This document shows, piece after piece, positions 40,501 through 50,242 of a DNA stretch of 64,000 nucleotides. A model generated the notes under the pieces. It was not told the origin of the DNA. It searched no databases and saw nothing but the letters and a program-made list of their open reading frames with translations. The translations under genes were made by a program, and so were the position numbers. Origin of the DNA: Pocillopora damicornis. Its lineage: Eukaryota. Each line of letters opens with the position of its first letter. The stretch's first letter is position 1. The DNA is taken from assembly GCF_003704095.1 (NCBI RefSeq), contig NW_020844818.1:496001-560000 (forward strand). Direction: 5' to 3'.

Positions 40501-41101
40501 TCAATTAGTCCCCACCTAGTTCAGTTATGCAGAAACCACCATCAAGGTTTTGTGCATCACTATAAAATTCAAGCCTGTACAATTCAGTTTACTACAAAAG
40601 ATAACCATCAAAGAGAGCTCAATGCATATTTGTAGCACACTTGAACTACTAAGAAGTTCAAATTGTAATAAATAAAAAGGCTGATGAGGAAGCTTAATAT
40701 ACATTTATGACTATTTACAAATCAATGTTGTTCTCATGAGTTGACCATGTCCAGTATATGTTTATGTAACAACATTTAAGGGGTTTGTTTGTTACTGTCA
40801 GATACAAGTAGTAATTGGGAACCTTGAAAAACACACTTTTCAATATTAAATCTTTGATGCTAGTGCTTTTAGTTACAGAAAGGCTTTCTAGAACTAGAGC
40901 AAAGTTTAACTTCCTTCACTCTCCCATGTAACAAATAATTACAACTGATATTGATAACTCATTTCCAAAATTGCATATCATATTGATTGCCAGGGAGTAT
41001 GAAAGGAAATTACGAGACACAGATTAGCTAGGACTTGCACAAAAAATTATATAAGCAGGTTTGTTTACTTTGAGATTAAGAGGAGGATGATGACTTTGAG
41101 A

Positions 41102-44100
41102 TTAAGAGGATGATGAAGATGACGAGTCTGATGGATATAAGGTATTTAGAAGCTCATCCACATTGTTTAAAACAATGTCAGCCTCCTTTTCTAGAAATTT
41201 CTGGTTGCCAGCCCCACTAAGAACACCTATTGTTAGACCCAGCCCAGCAGAACGACCCATTGAGGTGTCGGCAATAGTGTCACCAACAATAACAGTTTGA
41301 GTTGGACAAACATTTAACTCTTCACAAATGCCCAAGGCAGTTTCAGGATTGGGTTTTGGTTTGATGTCTGTATCATCCCCACAAACAATTTTGTCAATCA
41401 TGCTCATGAGGCCTAACCTGTCAAGAGCTGACAGAGTGCCTTCTCGACTGTCAGTTGTACAGACTGCAGTCTTAACACCCTTTGCCCTCAGAGTTTCAAA
41501 AATTGCTGGGAGGTCACCCAGAGGCTCCAGGGTATCATGCCCACCACTGTCAAAATCTTTACAGCAGTTGCTAACCAGCTTCTGTGCTTTTGCTCTATCT
41601 AAACCACTCTTAATTAACACTGTGACAAATGCTTGTCTGATTTCAGCAACAGTCGCATGGGCTAGCAAGCCTCCATCAGAGTAGATGCGCTTCTTAGGAC
41701 AATAACCCACTTCTTCATACATTTTATCAGCCAGATCAAGACCAGTTGCCTCTTCCAGTTCCTGCACATGACTCTCCATCCAAGGAATCCACACATTATT
41801 CAAATCTATCAGAGTACCATCTTTGTCAAATATCACAAGGGAAGGGTCCATTGAGTCTGGGAAAAATGATCCACTGCTTTGGCCATCCCCAGCAAGGGAT
41901 GAGAAACCTGCTGAACAGCCACCACGTCGAGGGAGCTGAGGTCTAGCCCAGGGGGCATTTCCTACAGGAGCCAAGTGATATTAGCAACACAAAAGGGGGG
42001 AAGGGGGAGACAGTGACTAGCAAACCTAAGATGTCAATCATATCTTGGTAAGTGTAGGCAATGTGATCATTTCTGAAAGATTCTTGAGAGATTAGGATTT
42101 CTTTGCATGTAGCAAAGTAGCTAAATTGCTTTTACAACATGGAACCATAATTTGCTTACACAAACAACACTTCACAACTACTTTATTAAAAAAAAACGAA
42201 CAAACCAAAGTGAAGCCTGTTCTCAAGCTAACTTTTGCCAAACTTTAAATAACATTGTAACTTTTCTCAGTTTCTTTTTGTTCTTAAATAATAATAAAAA
42301 ATCTTCTGGTAGCTTTTTGCAAGAAAACAGTCTCAAGGGAATCTGTTTTTGGTGGAGTGTTTGTCTAGTTTGAAGATTGTGACTTAAGACATGCCCTCTT
42401 TCAAAGACAGGAAAGTTACACCAGAGGTAGAAACAATTATTGAAAACTTTTGACAAGGATTATAAAATTTCTAAAAACCAAGATATAGCTTACTGTCATC
42501 TTGAGGAATCATGCCACTATCAATCAAGAATATGGCAGTTCCTACAATTAATGTAATCCTTTGGATACCTGTTATTCTAGGACCCTGGTTCCAGAGGTCT
42601 TTGTCAATAAATGCTTTTTTCACTGCCGATGTTCGAATGGTTTGCTCTGGGGCAGCTGGAGGGCCATAAAGCTTGTTGTAATCAAACCCATCAGCACTTC
42701 GCCTGTTGACAATTACATATCAGCACCACATAACATCAGGCCTTTGACAAGCAAAGCTTGTAGGCCTCTGCACACAACTACAGTAAACTAAAGCTTTAAT
42801 ATAACAACCTCACTTGCTGTATTGAACACTATTTAGAAACACCACATGACTACTATCGCTTTCAAGATAATGTGACATTTAAATGCCAAATGTAAATTCT
42901 CATGCTAAAATCTTTGAAACTTTAGAACAAGCATCACTTTAAATTCTGAGAAGGAACATTGAAATGTCTCTCTTTTCTTTTCTTTTTTTGGACTGTGAGG
43001 AGGTGGTTATATCAGAAGACTGATCATTATAACACTTACCTTATAATTCAATTTATACAAGAATTCATTTACAATTCATTTAGTGCTACCAAGGTTAGAT
43101 TACAACAGTTCATACTTTAAAACCAAGTTACACAGCCAGAAACTTAAAACTCAAAACATTGTCACACAGTTGAGAAAGACCACCTGTTTTTGTTTTTTTA
43201 CAACTTTTGAATGACTTTGTATCATGGCTAAACATTCCAATATTTTGGGAAAACAATATCAGAAATTGTTAGGTTTGGATTCAGCCTTGCATCCAAACAA
43301 ATGGCCCTTGTATTAAAATAATGATAATACACAAATAGAAAGCTAAAAAAACCAACATAACAAAATTGAAAACAGCTTAACCTTTCAGAATCTACCATTT
43401 CTGCTTTGAGAAACATATTTAATCTGTTCCAGTGAAAGTAGAGATCAAAGTTCTGAATTTCTTCTCAAATTCCACAAAAATTTAAAAAATTGATTGAAAT
43501 TAAAAGTGGCCACTAATGCTGTGTGTCGATCTACTACCAATTAACTTCTTTTTTTTAAGCCACTTCAACTTAAATCTTTTTTTTAAGCCACTTCAACTTA
43601 AATCTTTTTTTTAAGCCACTTCAACTTAAACTTTTTCCAGTGTTGAGACTAGGCTGCACAAATTTGCAAACTATATGCTTGACAATCCACAAAATCTTGT
43701 GATAGCACTCATTTGGTTTCACATTGTGGGCCAATTGTGTCCTATCAATTCTTCTGAAAAATTTAGTTTTCTTTCTAACTAAAGAGTTGTTTGATATTTG
43801 TCATATCAAGTTTCTTTTCATCATGAAACCAAAAAAAAATTTTCAAAGGATTTTGTATGCCCAGAACAACTATACAACATTTGTGCCAGTCGTCTGGGCC
43901 TACAGAGAACTCTGATTTTCTCCACTGAGGATCTTGACCAGGAAGGAATTGAAACATACCTTGGTTTACCTAGGATAAAGTTCCAAAGTGAAAATGTTTG
44001 TGAGAGAATGTCATTGATGGAACCAATCATTTAAACAGAGTTTAAAAGAAATTCAGTCAGTTGCAATGTGTCTTGTGCCCAATTGTTTACTTTGCCCTAG

Positions 44101-45137
44101 AGTCATTTCAGACATTGGCTAGTTTTATGTAAGTAAAAGTGTTACTGCACTAGAAATAAAAGTTGTCAGAAGTTATCGTCAAAGTCACTATAAGTAGTTG
44201 TATCCAAATTTGTTACATTGTAAAAAGATGTTTGAAGATTAACATGAATAATTAACTAAAGGTGATTAATTCTTAATTACATGTACTTGTAACTATGTTC
44301 AAAATTAAGTGGTCCAGAGTTCACACTGGATAAAATATGTAAAGCTGGATGATCTCAAGGTAATCAATCAATAAAAATGCAAAGTTCCCCTCTCCCCTTT
44401 TGTGTCTCATTAGGGAAAAAAGGAAAAAAAGGAAAAAACAAAAAAGAACAAAAACAAGACCACCATGTCACACTGATCATTCAAGGCACAATCCTCGTGA
44501 CTTCAACTTTGGGAAGGCCTTGATGTGCCCCTTTACACTGACCCTAAGAAGCAGAATAACGAAGAGCCAACACTGCTCAATTACTGTATATTATCAAACA
44601 AATCAACATTGAGCATTAACTATAACTTACTGAGAAGCTTGTGCCACAAGAAAAACCTGTCCTTCATTGTCTATACCAAATCCAAGTCTCTCATTCCACA
44701 CCCCAAGAGCTGATATCCCTGCAAAATTCAAGAACAACATTCATCACAAGGAAAGATGCAAATTTATTAAACAGATAGAACAAACTTTTCTTATGAAACT
44801 CAATGGGAGGATTACAATTTTCCAGCTTGGAGTCTTAATTCAACCTCAAGGTTTCCACTTTAAAATTTAGAGATTCCATAACGTTTCCATCAGAAGTTGC
44901 TTTGTAAATACCGTAAAAATATAATTTCCTGATGTACTCCTTGCTTTGTTGTTTACAGAAACTCAAATTCCTTCTAATGTGTAGGCTTCTCGCAAAACAT
45001 ACTCCAACAATATCTCTTGCCACACTTTAAACTCTGTTCTTACCTTTAAAGGAAGTTTGACTCTTAAAATGGATCTGTCTTACACATCTTCTTTGAAGTA
45101 GCCCAAAAACTTTCCTTGCCTGTCTATTTAATGCCAT
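41102..45137 (-). CDS. HAD-superfamily phosphatase (C1-cap, phosphoglycolate phosphatase/PpaX-like) with a predicted mitochondrial presequence
   Basis: Exons 45137-45044 (MALNRQARKVFGLLQRRCVRQIHFKSQTSFK), microexon 43969-43960, 42702-42569, 41961-41102. HAD motifs FDKDGTL, CTTD, KPKPNP, GDTIAD; poly-Ser tail. The HAD exon is certain; the upstream exons are inferred from splice sites and phase. Confidence 0.8.
43549..43636. repeat. 29-bp tandem repeat, three copies
   Basis: ttttttttaagccacttcaacttaaa(tc) repeated three times. Confidence 0.9.
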
Positions 45138-46518
45138 TTTACAGAAGGGAAATGCTTAAGCTGCAAACCACAATCAGAAATAAACTATGAGAAAGAAGGT
45201 ACAATGATTTTTCCCTTTATCACAATCAGTGAAACATTGGATATAGCACTAATTAAATGGCAATTGTCGTTGTCACCACAACACAGATAAATAACACCAA
45301 AATAGTGATAATCAATATTTTGGTTGTTTGCACATCTCAAAAGAATAATTGGATTAATTTCTCTTTGAGGAATTGAAGTCATCATGTTGTCATGATTTAA
45401 AAGTTTGTGCAGGTTTTCACCCTGGTGGATAGCAATTTAAGTATAACATAACTCCTGAAAATTTTAGCATTGCAATTTTGATCTTGAACTGATATTATCA
45501 CTGTTTATGCACTTTGATTTAACTTCATAACAGATATTATTGAACACTTAAGAGGTTTTACAGGTTAATCTTTCTGGTGGAGAGCACTTAAAGCATATCA
45601 TATTTCTTCCTCATGCAGGCGACAATGTGTAAGAGCCTGAAAAAAATTCATGACTTTTTTTGTCAACTCTAGCACTGGGGTGTAAATGGTACTCTCTAGA
45701 CTATATGGTATGCTGAGCTTTCAAACTTCCAATTTTTTTAAACTTTTCTATTTCCTTGCCCAAATCCGGTTCCGGCCATATGCATATTTTGAGTGTCAAC
45801 AAAATTACCGGTAAAACCGCATACCATTTTCACGGACGAATATTGTCCCTGAATATTTAACCCTAAGGTTATCTCCGTTTCTCTAAAGATTCAAGAACCC
45901 TCTGACGAGTTAATTGCGAAAATTCTTTACACGGGATATAAAATTTGTGAAACTCTCACCAGTTATCAATCTGGGCGGATAACTTAGTTAAGCGAAAGTG
46001 CAAGCGATAACGCTATTTAAAATATTCTACCGGCAAGAGGGCTGATCGATAGTTATCTTTAGAAGTGTCGGCCGACAAAATTCGAAATTCTCCGACTAGA
46101 GAAAACACATTTATTAAACGAACATTTCGCCTTCGCTATCTCGCCTAACTATAGATCGTAAAAATTTCACTGTAAGCTATCGATGAACGATTTCCAAGTA
46201 ACAGAGCAACAACTGAGGCTAATATATATCAAGAGAGTCAATGTAGTTTTCCAGAAACAAAACAGTGTAAAAATCCAGGAAACAAAGAAGCTGTTACAGA
46301 AGTTTATATCTTTTAAAACGCGAAGTTAAACAGTAGAAAGATCATGCCACATTTCTTAAGATAACTTGGGCTTTACCATCGAGTCCAGGATAACAAAAAT
46401 CGCGGCGGACCGGCCTAACAGTTAACACTACCGCAAAAATTTCAGCGAAATTCCGAATTTTACCCAACACTCAAGCAAAACATTGTAGAAACTAAAGATG
46501 TGATTCAAATGACATTAC

Positions 46519-46670
46519 CTTGTATACAATCTCTCGAGGAAAGGACGGTGACCGCTTAAATTCGTTATTCTGGTGTTACGTCTGGAGGGAAACCCTTACT
46601 AGACTTTCCGCCATGAAAGTACTACTAAATTGTTGGGAGCGCCAGTTTATATAGTAAGAGTGATCACGTG
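46519..46670 (-). promoter_or_regulatory. Probable promoter and first (5'UTR) exon of the HAD gene, with a uORF
   Basis: CACGTG at 46665-46670, TATATAAA at ~46653-46646 (minus), ATGGCG uORF 46614-46576 (MAESLVRVSLQT*), donor AAG|gtaatg at 46519/46518. Confidence 0.55.
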
Positions 46671-47971
46671 TTCTATTTCGTCATAACAACTGGTTCATCC
46701 CGTTTTTAAGGGAAATTACGCACCAATTATAGAAATCTCGCAGTCGCGTGATTTTACTTTTCACGTGCTTCCGGTGATGTGTCTTACCGCGTGTAACGCA
46801 ATAGTTTTGTCATTCAACTAGAGCATTTCAATCGGCGGTCTATCTGTTTTCTGCCTTTGAAAACTGGCTTGCCTTTAAATCAACAATGCCTCTGCTGATA
46901 ATTGCATATTTTGAAACGTTGGTATAAAAACAGTAATGACGCGGACCCTTCTGTGTTACTTGTAGCCGCTTTTTTCCCTTGGAGGATCCTGGCCTTTCAA
47001 GGTTTAGTTCTTTTATCTCCGTTTTTCTCCAACATCAAAAAAATAGCTTGTGAAAAATAGGCTTTTAGTGTGATCAGCAGAGACAAGGGTTTCCATCGCG
47101 TTGCCGCGAGATCTCCAATATCATCCGCATCTTCAGTACGGCGTTCATTGCATATTGCATAATATATAGTTTCTATTGGTGAAAGGTTCCACAGTGACTT
47201 CAAACATGTGCTAGAACGCGTGACAAGGAAATGCAAGTACGATCTTTTTTCTGGGGAGATTCGAAAGTGTGTTAAAACCATTTATTCTCGGTGTCAGGAA
47301 AACAATTTTGTTAAATCTGGGACCAATTTTGATTTCACTATATTATAAACGTGACAAAAGGCCGGTTTAAAGACAACATTTGCCCGACGATCGTGAGCGT
47401 CATCGCTTTTGACCTTGGTCATAATTCAGAAATTGATTTTATGATAATTTGTACCTCTGTGTAATGTTCAAAGGATAAATATGACGTAACAGTTTTTTTC
47501 CGAATTTTTGTTCTCATTTCATACTGACTACACGAGATCCTACCCGTTCCAGTGTTCCACAAGTTCCAGATGGTGAATCTTGCGTGGTCGGCGAACAAGA
47601 CTTGGTAAGGAAATAGGGAAGATTTGGCTTGATGGAAATGCAATTGTTCAAGTTCACTGTGCCTAATTTTTTCTGGCTGTTCGGTTTTTGACCAAGATAT
47701 CAGGAACTGAGACATCCAGTGAATAAAAAGGCATAGAGGGCTTAGAAAAAATATCTCCTAGTTTTCCCGTTACCTCGCACGGCTTTAAAACTCGATTCAC
47801 CTCAACTCCTTACTTTGTTTCGCTTTCGTTCAGTCGTTGGAAGATATACAATTCCTGGATAAAGCCACGGAGACTATTCTCTTGTATCACGCAAATTGTG
47901 GCAACATCATGATGCACTAACCTGTAATTAGATAATGGCGTAATATGTGACTAACGCAGTCTATGGCTGTA

Positions 47972-48280
47972 CGATTTTACGCCACTATCTACGTCAGTGT
48001 ACATACTGTAAGATTTCAAGCTGTTAACTAACGGCGTAAAATCTCTCAGTATGTATATACACACTGGAAGAAATAACGCCGTTAGTTAATGGCGTAAAAT
48101 CTTACAGTGTGCATATTTCACTGACTGAATAAACATTACGTCGTTAATTGCGGCGTAAAATCTTACAGTGAGTATATGCTACCGAATGAATGAAATTACG
48201 TCGTTAGTTGTTGGCGTAAAATCTTACAGTAAATATATATATATACTACGGACTGAAGGAAATTACGCCGTTAGTTGCAG
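47972..48280. repeat. ~61-bp minisatellite with a palindromic core
   Basis: ttacgYcgtta.tt...ggcgtaaaatcttacagt recurs at ~48031, 48074, 48135, 48195 and 48262 (partial), with an inverted unit at ~47972-48015. Confidence 0.85.
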
Positions 48281-48333
48281 TAGAATTCATGTAAATAATC
48301 ATTTATTTATCTATTAAGGCCTTAGAAATACAA

Positions 48334-49809
48334 TTAATCTCTAGGTCGAGTTCCCTTATTAGCATTGCACTTACTATGTATATTACAAACTGTGTTGATG
48401 TCACAGTTATCCTTGATATGCGAATAAAAAGACAGAAACTTTTCAAGACTGCAGTACATTTTTCCTTCACAGGCCGGCATTGCGACCACCGCTTCGTTTA
48501 CTAGAAGCTGTATTTTTATATGAGATTCCTGAAATGTCCCTCCGAATTCATTCCTGTCAGTGCTAACGGATTGTTGACACTGTCCGATGCAATCATTCTT
48601 TTCTTTTGCATCTCTTTTCGCACCGTCACGATTACAATTATAAAGCACAAAGGCAACATTCGCCGACATGGGTACTACATCTGAAATGCGAAAAGTACGG
48701 TTGGCCTGTTCGTTAAAATTGTCCGCTCGGGGTGGTACTGAGTCATTGTAGAGTCCAAGCATAGTGAAGAGAGGTATCACAGTTCCCGTATGCGCAAATC
48801 GGAAAATACCGTGAGGTTTCCCATTCTTGAGGAATCTTTCAATGCTATCTGTAATCTCCGCATAGAGAGGGCAAGCCATATTGTAGTTAATTTTACGCCC
48901 GTAGCTTCGGTCCCAGTAAAGTTTCAAGTCGTTCAGATACTCCAAAACTTTAAATTCTTCGTCTTCGAACACTGAGCACCAGCTGCTATCAGCGCTGTCA
49001 GTCTGAACCCCAAATGCGCACATCAAAAACATTTCCACAGCATCCTCAGGACGAAGGGAATACTTTCCGCTTAGTCGCAACCTTTTTACGATTTTACGCG
49101 AAACTTTTCGCATTTCTGGACCGTTCATAAATTTTCGGTATTCCGATTGAGATCTTTTCCTCGCTGTAATCTTTTGCCATCTTGGACAAGCTTCAAAAAT
49201 TCGTAGAACAATGTCGTCGTTGTAAGAACCTGAAAACTTCACCGCTACTGGACGAAATTTCATGCTTCCTAAATGTCCTTTTCCCTCAAAAAGGCCTTGA
49301 GCGAAAGCTATCGCACTCTGACTTGATCGCAGTTTGTCGGTGGCGATAAAGCTGTAGTTAGTATTGGAATAGCCGTGTTTTAAGATCCCGCGGAATTTAG
49401 AGAGGAAACGCCTTGCCATGGAGTACATCTCTTCTGTTCCTAGTTCGGACATCTCTTTGCTAGCCGAATTTATGATATCGGGCGGGAAACTCCAGGGAAG
49501 TGACAGGCCTTTGTAGTGAAAGGTGGAATTATTAGGGAAGAATCTATTTATCTTTTCAAGCAGTTTTTTCGCTTTTTTGATTCGAGAGCCTCCCGGGTAT
49601 CTGGAGCCATGACGAATCACCATGTTGATGTGTATTGGTTCGCATCTCGGAGGCCTCTCTATTGGCCTGCTGCTAAAATGATACGGCGTTTTGTCGCTGA
49701 AAAGATACTTTTTAGGAGGCGAGTTTAACGCCGAGCCATAATCTAAACATAGCATGAGTAGAAGAGCAAGAATCACCCTCAACAAGACCTCGGCAGATGC
49801 AGTTGCCAT
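48334..49809 (-). CDS. MINPP1: Multiple inositol polyphosphate phosphatase-like histidine acid phosphatase, intronless, 491 aa
   Basis: ATG at 49809 (MATASAEV...), signal/anchor peptide, SDKTPY, RHGSRYP catalytic motif, LRIFEACPRW, LEYLNDLKLYW, INYNMACPL, VVPMSANVAFVLYNC. Confidence 0.88.
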   Translation of the reverse strand: MATASAEVLLRVILALLLMLCLDYGSALNSPPKKYLFSDKTPYHFSSRPIERPPRCEPIHINMVIRHGSRYPGGSRIKKAKKLLEKINRFFPNNSTFHYKGLSLPWSFPPDIINSASKEMSELGTEEMYSMARRFLSKFRGILKHGYSNTNYSFIATDKLRSSQSAIAFAQGLFEGKGHLGSMKFRPVAVKFSGSYNDDIVLRIFEACPRWQKITARKRSQSEYRKFMNGPEMRKVSRKIVKRLRLSGKYSLRPEDAVEMFLMCAFGVQTDSADSSWCSVFEDEEFKVLEYLNDLKLYWDRSYGRKINYNMACPLYAEITDSIERFLKNGKPHGIFRFAHTGTVIPLFTMLGLYNDSVPPRADNFNEQANRTFRISDVVPMSANVAFVLYNCNRDGAKRDAKEKNDCIGQCQQSVSTDRNEFGGTFQESHIKIQLLVNEAVVAMPACEGKMYCSLEKFLSFYSHIKDNCDINTVCNIHSKCNANKGTRPRD

Positions 49810-50242
49810 ATTAAGACAGAAGATTCTATGTGCGTGCTGCGTACTTTTTTCGAGGATCAAGTTTATCTTTCATCATGTCACTATGAGAGGTTGCGTGACC
49901 AAATACTAAGCCGAGTTAAGCTTATTCACACCCCTCTAGGCGGGATAGGCAAGACTGGTACTTAGTGGCCTACGTGTAGCCGTATCCTCCCCCCATGGTG
50001 AAACGGAGGAGCTTCCGAGTAAGGATCAACGCTCGAAACGTCAGCTTAGAAACTCTTTGCGGTGACCAATTTAAGATTTCAAATCAGTGAATAATACTAA
50101 ATAACCCTGATGGTGTCTTTTCTCCGCACGTTTGCCCCTCCCCACTAGTAGAGGGCATTAGTTTCGTCATTTTCGTGACTTTCACGGGTATCGATGAGCC
50201 TGGAACCGAAACTTGTGGCTTCACAGCGTCTGAATACTGAAA
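49810..50242. promoter_or_regulatory. Bidirectional promoter region between MINPP1-like and FKBP4-like genes
   Basis: Start codons are head-to-head and 433 bp apart; the region is CpG-richer than surrounding introns. Confidence 0.6.

Noticed and set aside
42700-42730. Antizyme-like +1 frameshift site (TGG TGC TGA)
   Set aside because: It lacks the UCC-UGA shift codon, there is no antizyme homology, and the downstream frame is reached by ordinary splicing.
47972-48280. CRISPR array
   Set aside because: Eukaryotic context, no cas genes, the linkers resemble one another (tata...act..a.gaa) and the repeats are degenerate; this is a minisatellite.
48334-49860. 508-aa ORF starting at TTG 49860
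   Set aside because: In a eukaryote the ATG at 49809, just before the signal peptide, is the plausible start.
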